Below are positions 1-12,746 of a DNA stretch of 64,000 nt, in pieces. The stretch spans positions 1-64,000 of the forward strand of contig RSEE01000145.1 of NCBI GenBank assembly GCA_003971905.1. The letters run 5' to 3'. The notes beneath the pieces are model-generated. The model did no database searches and had not been told where the DNA came from. It saw only the letters and a program-made list of their open reading frames with translations. The DNA is from Moniliella sp. 'wahieum' (lineage: Eukaryota). Position 1 is the stretch's first letter. The number at the start of each line of letters is the position of its first letter. The translations under genes were made by a program, and so were the position numbers.

Positions 1-1688
1 AGAGAGTTATGCCGAGGCGATAGCGAGCTACCCGAAGGGGAGAGAGTTAGCCGAGGCGATAGCGAGCTACCGAAGGGGAGAGAGTTATGCCGAGGCGATA
101 GCGAGCTACCCGAAGGGAGAGAGAGTTATGCCGAGGCGATAGCGAGCTACCGAAGGGGAGAGAGTTATGCCGAGGCGATAGCGAGCTACCCGAAGGGGAG
201 AGGTTATGCCGAGGCGATAGCGAGCTACCCGAGGAGAGAGTTATGCCGAGGCGATAGCGAGCTCCGAAGGGGAGAGAGTTATCCGAGGCGATAGCGAGCT
301 ACCCGAAGGGGAGAGAGTTATGCCGAGGCGATAGCGAGCTACCCGAAGGGGAGAGAGTTATGCCGAGGCGATAGCGAGCTACCCGAAGGGGAGAGAGTTA
401 TGCCGAGGCGATAGCGAGCTACCCGAAGGGGAGAGAGTTATGCCGAGGCGATAGCGAGCTACCCGAAGGGGAGAGAGTTATGCCGAGGCGATAGCGAGCT
501 ACCCGAAGGAGAGGGAGAGAGTTATGCCGAGGCGATAGCGAGCTACCCGAAGGGGAGAGAGTTATGCCGAGGCGATAGCGAGTACCCGAAGGGGAGAGAG
601 TTATGCCGAGGCGATAGCGAGCTACCCGAAGGGGAGAGAGTTATGCCGAGGCGATAGCGAGCTACCCGAAGGGGAGAGAGTTATGCCGAGGCGATAGCGA
701 GCTACCGAAGGGAGAGAGTTATGCCGAGGCGATAGCGAGCTACCGAAGGGGAGAGAGTTATGCCGAGGCGATAGCGAGCTACCCGAAGGGGAGAGAGTTA
801 TGCCGAGGCGATAGCGAGCTACCCGAAGGGGAGAGAGTTATGCCGAGGCGATAGCGAGCTACCGAGGGGAGAGAGTTATGCCGAGGCGATAGCGAGCTAC
901 CCGAAGGGAAGAGTTATGCCGAGGCGATAGCGAGCTACCCGAAGGGGAGAGAGTTATGCCGAGGCGATAGCGAGCTACCCGAAGGGGAGAGAGTTATGCC
1001 GAGGCGATAGCGAGCTACCGAAGGGGAGAGAGTTATGCCGAGGCGATAGCGAGCTACCCGAAGGGGAGAGAGTTATGCCGAGGCGATAGCGAGCTACCCG
1101 AAGGGGAGAGAGTTATGCCGAGGCGATAGCGAGCTACCCGAAGGGGAGAGAGTTATGCCGAGGCGATAGCGAGCTACCCGAAGGGGAGAGAGTTATGCCG
1201 AGGCGATAGCGAGCTACCGAAGGGGAGAGAGTTATGCCGAGGCGATAGCGAGCTACCCGAAGGGGAGAGAGTTATGCCGAGGCGATAGCGAGCTACCCGA
1301 AGGGGAGAGAGTTATGCCGAGGCGATAGCGAGCTACCCGAAGGGGAGAGAGTTATGCCGAGGCGATAGCGAGCTACCCGAAGGGGAGAGAGTTATGCCGA
1401 GGCGATAGAGCAGCTACCCGAAGGGGAGAGAGTTATGCCGAGGCGATAGCGAGCTACCCGAAGGGGAGAGAGTTATGCCGAGGCGATAGCGAGCTACCCG
1501 AAGGGGAGGAGTTATGCCGAGGCGATAGCGAGCTACCCGAAGGGGAGAGAGTTATGCCGAGGCGATAGCGAGCTACCCGAAGGGAGAGAGTTATGCCGAG
1601 GCGATAGCGAGCTACCCGAAGGGGAGAGAGTTATGCCGAGGCGATAGCGAGCTACCCGAAGGGGAGAGAGTTATGCCGAGGCGATAGC
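1..1688. repeat. 40-bp tandem satellite, ~42 copies, running off the window start
   Basis: Unit AGAGAGTTATGCCGAGGCGATAGCGAGCTACCCGAAGGGG repeated head-to-tail. Differences are almost all small indels. Confidence 0.98.
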
Positions 1689-2090
1689 TCGCTATAAAAT
1701 CGTCCGCTCTATGCAGCATATGGCCTCCGTTTCTCGATTGGACGCACCGTTGACAAGTTACACCCACCCATCCCTAACCCTACCCACCCGACCCAACACC
1801 CACCCTCCGATGGCCTCGACGATAGCTCGCTATAAATCGTCCGCTCTATGCAGCATATGGCCTCCGTTTCTCGATTGGACGCACCGTTGACAAGTTACAC
1901 CCACCCATCCCTAACCCTACCCACCCCGACCCACAACACCCACCCTCCGATGGCCTCGACGATAGCTCGCTACGAAATCGTCCGCTCGTTGCAGCATATG
2001 GCCTCAGATTTCCCATCCGACGCACCGTTGAGAAGTTACACCCACCCATCCCTAACCCTACCCAACCCAACCCAACCCGCCCTAACCCTA
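1683..2090. repeat. Three ~140-bp tandem repeats carrying CCCTAACCCTA telomere-like motifs
   Basis: Copies begin GATAGCTCGCTA at 1683, 1821 and 1961. CCCTAACCCTA occurs at ~1772, 1909, 2050 and 2080. Confidence 0.92.
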
Positions 2091-2148
2091 GAGGGGGAGG
2101 GGCCGAGTATACGCCCCCCCCATACCCCCCCCTCCAAACACCCTGTGT

Positions 2149-2266
2149 ATCCGCGACCATAGAACTGTGAAAGCACCGCATCCCGTCCGATCTGCGAAGT
2201 TAACCACAGTATCGCCCAGTCAGTACTACGGTGGGGGACCACGTGGGAATCCTCGGTGCCGCGGTT
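2149..2266 (+). rRNA. 5S ribosomal RNA
   Basis: 118 nt, ATCCGCGACCATAG...GCACCGCATCCCGTCCGATCTGCG...AGTACTACGGTGGGGGACCACGTGGGAATCC...GCGGTT. Matches the basidiomycete 5S pattern, and the 5' and 3' ends pair. Confidence 0.96.
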
Positions 2267-2267
2267 C

Positions 2268-2272
2268 TTTTT
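2268..2272 (+). terminator. Pol III oligo-T terminator of the 5S gene
   Basis: TTTTT one base after the 5S 3' end. Confidence 0.8.
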
Positions 2273-2552
2273 GCCCCCCCCTCTTTGGTACGTGCCCCCC
2301 TCCCGCTCTCCTTTTGCACACCCACCCCCCATCGGCAGGGCTCCCCTCCGTTCTAATACACCCCGCCCCATCGGCCACCGTTGCGGCGCTACACATTGCC
2401 CTATTCCAGGCTGCCCTAGTGTCCTGTCATAGCGCTAGTCACTCGTCTCGTCTCGTCTCGTCTGATTGCGGCGCAGGGGGTAGTCCTAGGAATCCGATGA
2501 TGAATGAGCATAGCATACACAAGAGCAACCGCACCTCTCTGTCGTCGGCGCG

Positions 2553-5245
2553 CTAGCCACGATGAAACAGGCCGTGCTTCTTCTTACCTTCGTCGAGGGC
2601 GGGCTGGACATGGGTGTGGTCCGGGATTTGGCCCTTGGCTTCCACCTTGAGCATCGCGCAGGTACGAATGGACTTGAGCCACGCATCCCCCGTATCATCT
2701 TCGTCCTCCTCGTCCAGCTCGAGCGCAAGCAGGTGCAGGTCCGGGTACGCCAAGGACGAAGCCAACCCCGTACCGGGGTGAGCCAGGACCGAGTTGGACG
2801 GCGTCGAAATCGGCGTCGCGGCGCCATTGACAGTCCCCTTGACAGCCCCATTGATATCGACTTCGGGATTAAGATTAGCATTCGCAATGGCAGCTGCATT
2901 GGTACTCGCATTGGCCTTGGCGCGGCCGGCACCAACTCGAGTGCCCAACTGTGGCGGTCCAAGCGGAGAGTACATGTCGGAATGCTTATGCCCGCGCAAC
3001 AAGTCCCCCAACGTACAGCGCAAACTCGGCTCAATCGTCATCATGCGACTCAACGCACTCCGCGACTCGCGCGGCTACAGCCGGAAAATGCTATCGGCCG
3101 CACCGGACTTGTACGTCGTCGCGCTCGTCTCACTCGCATCGTCGGCCTGCGCCTCAGGTGGGCGGGCGGAGCTGGTGGGCGGGTCCTCAGACACGCTCGC
3201 GCCTTGCTCCCTCTCCTTCTCCGTCTCCGTCTCCTTCTCCTTCCCTTTCTCCGTCTCCTTCTCCGTCTCCTTCTCCGTCTCCTTTTCCTTCTCTTTCTCT
3301 TTCTCCGACGCCGAGGCCTCGGGGTCGGCCTCGGCCAAAACGGGGGGTGGGTCGGGGGTCTGGGCGCGCGAAGGCGGCGCCGAATCAGCGACTGTGTACC
3401 CAGCTTCTTGGGCCGTACGAATATGAGGCACAACATGGTGATGGGCCAGCGGCGAAGGCGAAGCAGGGCGGGACAAGTTGGCAGCCGAAGCGTTTCGGCT
3501 GGGAAGTACCCCGCTCGCCGTTCGCTCCAAGATGGTCAAGACGCCACTCTGCCCCGCCTGTGGCGGGCCGCGCTCGTCGTACGCTTGTCCGCGTGGCTTG
3601 AGGGGGCTGGAGGAGGAAAGTGCCGCGTCGGCGGGAGGATCCCGGTCGGCCTCGACGTCCGAAGTTTTGTCGGGACTACTGCTGCGCGGCAGGTGATCGG
3701 GCGGGAAAGCCGGAGTGAGTGGGCGAAGGTCGACACCGTTCGGCCTGCGCGGTGGGGTAGGGGGGACAGCTGGGGTGGTGGTGCCCGGACCTGATCCTGA
3801 GTCGGCTCCGGAATGCGTTTCGGCCGGGTGGTTGAGCTCCGGATGGCTCTTGACGTACAAGCGGAAGGAAGGGTCGGTTTTAGGATCTGGGATTTTCCAT
3901 GGGAACCGACGTAACACCATGCACATAAAGATGATGCCCAACGACCAGACATCGGTCAAGCGTGGATCGTAGGTTTGGTGACTAAGCACCTCGGGCGCCA
4001 GATACGGGTCCGAGCCCACGACCCCGTAGCGACCACCTTGGCCTTCCCCGGCGAATGAAAGACAGTGGCGGTGCCAAAGTCGATGATCTTGATAATGTTG
4101 TCGGTGGTCATGACGCAATTGTCCAATTTCAAGTCGCGATGGGCGAGGCCCATGTTGTGCAAGTAGTCCACCCCGTCCACAATCTGACGAAAGATGCAGT
4201 ACAGTTCTTTCCGACACATTTTCCCGCTCACACGACCGAAAACAGATCAAAGGGCGCATACTCCATCACCTCATAGTAGTGGCCCCGGTCCGACACAATG
4301 TCCAAACACCCAATTATGTTGATGTGCGACAAGGTCGAGCCAATGCAGAACTCGGCCGTGACTTTTTTCAAGTACTCCTTCTCGCTCCCCCGCACGGATG
4401 GGACGGAACTCCTTGACGGCAAACACGGTATTGTCTTTGGACCGTTTGATCAACCGCACCGTGCCCCCGGCACCACTGCCCAACACCTTGCCCCACTTGC
4501 CATACTTCTTCATATGTGCCCTGTCCTCCCCCAGCGGCGGGCTGTCGTGCCCGCGCCGTGGTGTCGCCGAGCCGGACTTGGAGCCAGACCCAGCCCTATC
4601 AGTGACGTGGAGGTGGTGGTAGAGGAACTGAAAGAAAAGAGCGGACAAGTCAGCTAGGGCACACCCTTGTGCCAGCGCCACAACGCAGACCAAGCGAGAA
4701 ACAAAGAGCAACGTACGCGACGAAGGTCGTTGACCAAATGACCACCTTCCTTATCCCGCTTGGTCGGCGGGGCTCCCGACGCAGGTGAATGGCCAGGTTC
4801 GGACGAGTCGGGAGGGGGTGGCGGAGGACAAGTGAGGAGGCGCGCTTGTTGACTGACCGGGGGGGCGCGTGGGCGCTGCCAGCAGGGCTGGCGGGACGGG
4901 GGGCACGCTTGAAGAAGGAGGAGTGGGATGCAGCGTGGTGGGGGGCCGAGGGCGGGTGCGCGGCGGCAGGGACAGCGGCGGGGGCAGGGGCAGGGGCAGG
5001 ATGTGCGCTAGGAGACGATGTGGGTTGGCTGCTGTTGGGCGAGGAAGTGCCGCTGGCGGCGGGACGCGGGGAGCGGGGGGCGAGGCACCGGCAGGAGAGG
5101 CGCCGGGGACAGCAAAGGCAGCCAAGGCAGCTGCGCCGGCGTCCTGGACAGGCACAGCGACGACGTGGCCATCGGGAGTGGCGGGGGCGTCGGGGCGGGC
5201 GGCGGCGGCGGCCTTGGCGGGGTTCCAGCTGCCAAGGCGCGGCAT
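2553..5245 (-). CDS. Fungal HAL/Npr-family Ser/Thr kinase (Hrk1/Oca2-like); frameshifted in the assembly, one intron at 4628-4716
   Basis: Consecutive ORF pieces: [66 protein letters not shown]. The intron GTACGT..GCTGAC..TTCAG joins NDLRR to FLYHH. Start is approximate. Confidence 0.9.
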
Positions 5246-6489
5246 GGGGGGTGGTGGTGGCAGCAACCGACGCACAGGCCGCCACGAGCCAGCAGGCCCC
5301 AGCCTGCAGTAGACGCAATTAACAATTACATCATGCACGCCGCACCGCACGCCTGCGCCACTGCCCCCGTGCGGCACCGCTGCCAGCCTCAGCCACGCGA
5401 TTCAGTCGCACTGGGACGAGTAAGTGCTGCGTACGAAGCGGCAGTCTGTGCTGCGCAAACCATCCCCAGCCTCAGCCCAGCAGGGCAGCTTCAGTACCCA
5501 TTTATCATCCGCCACAGCCAGCAGGTGTCACCATGTCACATGCCACGAGATCAGATGAGCTTATGTGCAAACACGATCAATGGCGGCGCCGCGCCCAGGC
5601 CCAATGTGGAGCCCTTGCCCCCTTGACCGTGCGAGGGTGTGCGTCCGCCTTCGGTTCGTCAGTCCTAGACTACGGTTTGAGCAATGCGAGCGGAGGAGAG
5701 AAAGGCGCCTAGCGTCAAATCATGAACCCCACACAGCTGAGCCCGAGGGAGGATCTGGCTTTTCCTCCTCAGGCCGGGTGTGCCTGGCGGGCGGCGGCCC
5801 ACGGGGATTTTTTGGCACGGGTCCGAACCGAGTGATGGGGTCCTAGGGGGCCAACGTGTGTGCATGGGGGGGCAGGAGGCAAACTTGCGACCAAGGTGGC
5901 AAGAATATGGGAATCTGTGCGGGACGAGGGCGCGTAAGGGCGATCCGACCGGCCCGGCGTCGATGTCATTGGGGGGCAGAGGAGGTGAGGATGCACGGAC
6001 GACCGTTTAGTGCAGACGATTTGGGGAAGAGGAAGCAAGTTGGCACTGACAGTCACTTCAATGTTGGCGGTCCGTGGAGGCACAGCAGAGTACCATAGTT
6101 TGCGCGTTCATCATTAAAGCTCAAGTAGATCGGAGAGGAATGGGCAATCGACCTCCACAAGGGGAGCTGCGACGGGGGGGCAAGACACACCGGATTGGGC
6201 AGGCTCGGCTGGCGTGAGAAGGGAGACAGTGCACTCATGGAGGGGAGGAGCGGGGTAAGGGGTGGGGCAGAGTGCGGATGGTCACCTGCTATTAGAATGC
6301 TTGTGCCACACGGCGACAATAGCTGCGTGGCATCGCGCGTTGTCCTGTTGAGCCCACTAGGCTGAATATCCAAGAATGACGCTTTTCTCTCCACAGTGGT
6401 TATGACGACACGAAGAGGATACTACTTACGCCACCAAGAAGCTTATGTGCGCATGCGCATCATATCAAAGCGCCGCCCATGGCCCCATC

Positions 6490-7340
6490 TCACGTCTCGA
6501 GAGGTTCGGGCTGATGGGTTCGGGATGCGCACCACCCTATGGCCTGGCTACTGACGACTGACACCAAACCTATACTCATCCTCATCGCGCAATGCATGTC
6601 CATTTGATACTCGCATCCATCACTATTATCACTGTCCGAAGAGTCGTCGTTGTTGCCCCCTCCTCCGACAGCGACCACGGCACGTGTCTACCCCTTGGCG
6701 CGCGCGCCCCAGATGTGCATGGCACCGTTCGTTGCAATCATCTGGGCCACATCTTTGCTCAGCACCTTGGCGCTCAGTTCGGGGGACTTTCAGCTAATCC
6801 TCAAGTTCATATGTGCACGTGAGATGCCCCCGAGATGAAGTACTGTCTCGCTTCGTTCCTCCCCGTGACTGGGCCCTTCTCGTAGTTGCGCATCAGTACT
6901 TTCTGGCCGTCTTGCTCTATCATGCACTTCTTGGTGCAGACGTGCTGAATACTGTGCCCATACCTTGAGACAGTCTCCGAGCTGGGAATGGCGCAGATCC
7001 TTGTCTCGGTGAGAGATTGTTGTACCACACCCATCTTGGTCCTTGGCTGCTCAAACTGCGGCAGGGACAGGGCTCAGGCACATCAAAAAGCTCCTCCTGC
7101 ACAGATCGTCCGCCTCGAATTGGTTCAACTCGATGATCCCGACCCTTGTCTTCAGGAGAGCAATTCCCTTCAGGCATGAGCGAGTGTGGATGGGCGGCTT
7201 GTTCTCAGAATTCTTCTCGAACTTGATCATGTCGGCGACACAAGAGCAGCAGAGTTTCTGGACGATGGAGTCCATAGCGCCCGTTGCGGCGCGTTCCCAG
7301 TCGTATGCTGCATTGTCGCCCTGGATAGCGTGATCCACCT
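6490..7340 (-). pseudogene. Possible decayed ORF of unknown origin
   Basis: Short minus-strand ORF pieces (7051-7338, 6807-7034, 6490-6678) with coding-like codons, broken by stops. Cys-rich; no family recognised. Confidence 0.3.
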
Positions 7341-7564
7341 ACCTCTCGATAGAGGCTCGCTTGGATCTGGCCGTTGCTTCTGTTCACACCCACTGTGAGC
7401 ACATGGAGAACATGCCCGGAATCGCCATCGTTCCCGAAATTAGCACCGCATATACGGCACCACCGCCGGGGCCTACTAGTAATAAGGGTACGCGCAGCGC
7501 CGTGAGTTCCAGCGAGCCGGCCCGCCCTCTGGTGCATCCCTCAGAGAGACATCTGTACGCTTGT

Positions 7565-7945
7565 GCTCACGCTTACTACTCGTTAATGTACTGCCAGCAG
7601 GTCTGCTCTGTGGTGCTTCGCACTGAGAGATCCATTTGCGCTTACGCTTGGTTAATCAATGTACTGCCGAGCTGGGCTCTCTGGTGCTTCGCGCTGAGAG
7701 AGCCACTGGCGCACACGCTTAGTTAGTCACTGTACTGCCGAGCAGGTGTGTGCCCCGGTGCTTCCCACTGAGAGAGTCTCTTGGGCTCACGCGTGGTTAG
7801 TCAATGTACTGCCGAGCGGGTCTGTGCGCTGGTGCTTTGCACTAAGAGAGCCATTGGCGCTCACGCTTAGTTAGTCGATGTACAGCCGGAGCGGCCTGCG
7901 CTCTGTGGTGGTTCCCACCGACAGAATCTCTTGCACTCACGCTTT
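7565..7945. repeat. Degenerate ~71-76-bp tandem repeat, 5 copies plus the start of a sixth
   Basis: GCTCACGCTTAGTTAGTCAATGTACTGCCGAGC...GGTGCTTCGCACTGAGAGA-like units start near 7565, 7640, 7711, 7785, 7859 and 7935. Confidence 0.85.
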
Positions 7946-9677
7946 ACCGTGAAGATGACGGGCTAGATGTTCATTCGCTGAAAAGAACCAAGTCATGAGT
8001 CGAGATGGTCGACCGCTTGGAGGTCTACCACGCTCCTTCGTATCCGCGTGCGCTACTGCCGGGTTGGAAGGGAAGGGCAGCCGCCAGAGGGACCCTTTCC
8101 TGGTTTCTTACACGGTTTTGGTACCAACAATCATGGAGGAATCACACACCGGATGAGCGGGTCCATGTAAGTCCAGCACACCATTGTGTCCCAGCCATAT
8201 ATATGCTCTGTAAATCATACGACTCCAGTATAAGTATACTGCCGTCTAACTGGCTCGACGGGAGTACGCGTCACGAGTTTGACCCCCCTCCAGGGCTATC
8301 CGAGCACTGTATTTGGTTCATACCCATGCGGAAGCATTTTTGAGCAGCCAAAGCGTACGTTCTCGTTCGGAACGTTGGGAGTGGGGAGCCCCGCGTCTCA
8401 GGTGGTTCCACCACCTATTTCGAAGTGTATTCAACTTGCGTGGTCAAAAAGCCAAGCACCGCCATTTCGCACCTTTAGAAACAACTGGAAGTGCATAGGC
8501 AGTCGAAGGTGACGCTGCCGGGGCTATGATTGCTGTGGTCCTGACGGCGAACTGGACTCTGACATGCTCGGGAAGGAAGGCGGGTGAGGTGTTGGGGTAG
8601 GACTGGGCTCTGGAAGGATGCGACACGGCGATCCCCATCTTGCACCGTCACATATGTCACAGGCCGAGCGTGGACTGGCTGTTGTGCTCGATGATCTGAG
8701 GGCGATGCGGGGCCAGTTCCACACACGCCCCCGTCGCCGCCTCCGTCGCCCGGCACGAGCACAGGCGGCACAGCGATTGCCGAGGCGCCGAGTAGGCAGA
8801 CGCACCAGGCCACGGGGAGCGCGGATATGCAATCGAAGACGACGACGACGTTCTGGTCCCATCACATGCTGCATGAGATCTGGGATCGGAGATCTGAGGA
8901 GGCATCCAACATCCTGGCAGGGACAGGCTTAAAATTTACCCCGTTGTACCCTCAATGCATCCCAGCTCGCACCCCCTCACGGGGGCAGTATGGCACATCG
9001 AATTGCCCAGGCGAGTTGAGGCCGAGGCCGAATGAGTATACTGCACCCACTTGGTATGGCGCTTGGCAGTGAGTACCAAGTACTGAGGACCGTCCATATA
9101 GCAGAGAGAGTAGGGCCGCGGCGCCTGGCATGGCCTGAGGAGCGTGAGTCAGTACTGAGTCAGGGATCCATGTCGATGAGATCGACGAACACTGAAGTTG
9201 CAATGTGAAATGCTGGCCTTGAAGCTTGTCGCTGGCGATGCAGCACGGCGGCCACCAGCGCAGCCACGATGGACGCAGCTGCTGGGGTGACGTCACATGT
9301 GTCGGTTGGCGAGGGCAGATGACGACATGGCTGCCCCGGCTGCCCCCTTGCCGCCGCAGCTGGCACGTGTGGGGCAGCTGCGGCGCGTGCGATGCATGAT
9401 GCAGCCATGATCGATGGGGCTCAGTGATCGATCGATCATCAACTGATCGGGCTCCGCAGCAGCAGCACACTCGCCCGCACGCAGCCTGACGCAGCCCGTC
9501 CGCATAGCGAGCTAGCGACCACCTGGGCAGGAGCCGCCACCGGTCTCCCAGGCCAGCCCCCACGGCTGCCTGCCCCAGCCCCCAAGCGCCGCCTCTGTTC
9601 CTTCGCTTCGCCCTCCCGCCCCCTCTCTCCCGCCTCCTCGTCTTTCCCTCCTCCATCTCTTTCAGCAGACGCACACG

Positions 9678-10852
9678 ATGGACGATTTTGTCAAGCTCTC
9701 CATCTTCGGCACCGTCTTTGAGATCACCCAGCGCTACGTGTCGCTCGACCCAGTCGGCATGGGTGCGTTTGGCCTCGTGTGCTCAGCCAAAGACCAGCTC
9801 AGTGGCACCAGCGTGGCCATCAAGAAGATTATGAAGCCGTTCAGCACGCCTGTGCTCGCCAAGCGCACCTACCGCGAGCTCAAGCTGCTCAAGCATCTCC
9901 GCCATGAAAACATCATCTCTCTTTCCGACATCTTCATCTCGCCTCTCGAGGATCTGTACTTTGTCACCGAACTCCTCGGCACCGACCTGCACCGCCTCCT
10001 TACCTCCCGTCCCCTCGAGACGCAATTTGTCCAGTACTTCCTGTACCAAATCCTGCGCGGCCTCAAATACGTCCACTCGGCGGGCGTCGTGCATCGCGAC
10101 CTAAAGCCAAGCAACATTCTCGTCAATGAGAATTGTGATCTGAAGATCTGTGACTTTGGTCTGGCGCGGATCCAGGACCCACAAATGACAGGCTACGTCT
10201 CGACGCGCTACTACCGCGCACCCGAGATTATGCTAACTTGGCAAAAATACGATGTGGCGGTGGATGTGTGGTCGACTGGGTGCATCTTTGCAGAGATGTT
10301 GGAGGGCAAGCCACTGTTCCCGGGCAAAGACCATGTCAACCAGTTTTCCACCATCACCGAACTTTGGGAAGCCCACCAGACGAGGTGATCCAGACCATCT
10401 GTTCGGAGAACACTCTGCGGTTTGTCCAGAGCCTGCCCAAGCGGCAACCCGTCCCCTTCAGCCACCGCTTCTCTACCGCCGACCCCCTTGCACTGGACCT
10501 ACTGGAACGCATGCTGGTCTTTGATCCGCGCACGCGCATCTCTGCCGCCGAGGCACTCGATCACCCATACGTTGCACCCTATCACGACCCAACCGACGAG
10601 CCCGAGGCCGACGAGCCATTTGACTGGTCTTTCAACGATGCCGACCTGCCTGTCGACACGTGGAAGGTTATGATGTACTCGGAGATCCTTGACTTCCACA
10701 ACATTGACAATGTTGCCCAGGAAGAGGGACCACTAGCCCCTCTCCCGGCCGAGATGGTCGAGGCAAGCCTAGCTCGCGGGCCTCATTTTCCGTTTTGGAC
10801 TGCACGGAGGGTGGAGGGAGTAATGCCGGCCGAAGAGATCTGTAACTCTTGA
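9678..10852 (+). CDS. HOG1: Stress-activated MAP kinase Hog1/Sty1 (one frameshift near 10365)
   Basis: [42 protein letters not shown] (TGY loop). The second frame gives PYHDPTDEP and [27 protein letters not shown]. Confidence 0.97.
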
Positions 10853-11707
10853 AGTTACCCATACATCCTTTCCTCCTTCGGCCTTCTCGCCTCACCCTGA
10901 TGGATTTCATGTCCAGTGCAGCCTGGTACCCAACAGTGTACAACCTTCTACAGCTCGTCCCATGTATCCCGAGCTACCACCTACCACATGTCCCGCGTTG
11001 ACCTTGTTTCCTATATTGTTTTCTTGATCGCACTGTGCTGCCGAGACAACTGTTTTGGGCTATCCACAGCAGACGTATATACGCAACAATCCCTCGATAC
11101 GTAGTCGCCCTCGCTCGACAGCAAAACAATACCATCTCGTTGTCATATTGTTTCTTTTGTGGTGGACGGATGCGTACTCACAAATCACAGATGACGCGTG
11201 CAGACAAAAGTAGGCAAGACTGTGAAAGGGTAGTGTTGCCGACGGAGACGCCGGGGGTTGTGGAGGAGGAATCAAAGAAAAGTTCTACATGAGACCCTGA
11301 TGCCTGACGGCAGGATGGCAGTAGATTAGTTCCTCTCACTATACACTCTGTAGATTCTGTCCACCATCGACCGACCTTTGGCTGGCGGCTCCTCTCCCTC
11401 TTTTAAATCACGTGATTTGGAATCGTCTGCAGACAAAGGTGGGGATCGGCACAGCCGGGCAGGACTGTCGCCACGGCGGCAGTGTCCGCCACCCAGACAC
11501 CTGCCGACACCTGCCGACACTTGCCGAGCAAGGCAAGTGTCGCGAACGGCAGCCCCAGTGAACGCCCGTGACTGGGCTGGTGCGCCAGACGGCTGGCTTA
11601 CTGTCGCAAGCTGCTCGCAAAGCCTCGAAATGGCAGCGGACTCGGGATCTGGTTCTCCGTCCTCAGTACCACGATCCCCATCAACTCTGTCCTGTTCCCA
11701 TTTCCCC

Positions 11708-12746
11708 ATGCGCTCGCTCATCGCTGTTGGTGCGCTCCCTCTGGCAGTGGCCGCCTTTGCCTCGCCCATTGCCCAGCCGGCCGAGATGGGCCTGCCTGGC
11801 GTCCCCGTCAACCAGTATGGCGTGCCGCTTGTGCGCCGGCAGGAAGCCCAGGGTCCCGACACCCTCTCTACCTCAACTCACCCAGCTGCGACTTCTTCCA
11901 GTGTACCATTGTACGTCCTCTGCCTTCAGCGTAATCCTCGTTCGGAATGGTCCTAACCCCCTCCCCCTCCCCTACCTTCTGCAGAACATCACTTGGGGCG
12001 ACACGATTCCCGTCAACTGGCTCAACGCCCCAGCAGGCAACGTTTCTATTGACCTGGTCCACAACCCTGGTGGAAATGTAGCCTACCACATTGCCACGGT
12101 GCCTGGGACAAGTGAGCCTGGGTACTGCGATGCCGGCTTTGGCTTGGGCACTGTCGTCGAAGTATGTATCCTTTCGCTTGGCGCTCTACCCCCTTCCTGT
12201 AATCCTGGCCTACTAACCTCCCCCCCCCCCCCCTCTCTCTCCCTTTATCTTCTTAGGGCACGACGTGCGGCGCATACGACTTTATCCTGCCACACACCTA
12301 CGCTCCTGGCAACTACAGCTTTAGCATCACAAGCATGAGCAACACCAGTCTGCAATCCTACACTGACGTTGTTTTGATTTTTGACAATTTGACCGGACCA
12401 ACCCCAGTGCGGCCTTTTCGGTAGTACCCATTTCAGGCGCCCCAACGGCGACCACCAGTTCGGGCAGCAACTTTGCCAGTACCCCGAGTCCCACCGCGCC
12501 CATCAGCCCTGGTGCTTCCACACCTAGTGGCAGTGGGGCTGCCTCTGCTCCCACGTCCTCTGCACCAGTCTCGTCTGCACACGCATCGTCAGCAGTCTCC
12601 AACACTCCTTCTCCGGCTCGGCTCACTCCACTTCGGCGTCGCCGACTGAGTCCCACTCGGCCGCTGCGTCCTTCTGGAGTAGCAGCCGCTTCACCTTCCC
12701 AGCTTTGGCGGGAAGCGTGCTTGCTGGCGTGCTTTTGCTGGTGTAA
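11708..12746 (+). CDS. Secreted Ser/Thr-rich GPI-anchored cell-surface protein (Kre9/Knh1-N-like), two introns
   Basis: Signal-like MRSLIAVGALPLAVAAFASP. Introns at ~11911-11984 (GTACGT..CTAAC..CAG) and ~12163-12257 (GTATGT..CTAAC..TAG). Domain WGDTIPVNW..SIDL, an S/T/A/P-rich tail, and a hydrophobic end FTFPALAGSVLAGVLLLV-stop. Confidence 0.8.

Noticed and set aside
1..1688. CRISPR array
   Set aside because: The repeats are contiguous with no unique spacers, there are no cas genes, and the context is eukaryotic.
2562..3794. Long plus-strand ORFs over the kinase, and similar antisense ORFs elsewhere
   Set aside because: These are shadow ORFs of GC-rich coding sequence on the opposite strand.
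7565..7945. Kex2-processed repeat peptide or microexon array
   Set aside because: Unit lengths are mostly not multiples of three, conserved stops occur, and one putative 18-nt exon has stops in all three frames.
8380..9674. Protein-coding gene upstream of HOG1
   Set aside because: Only short overlapping GC-rich ORFs with no recognisable motif.
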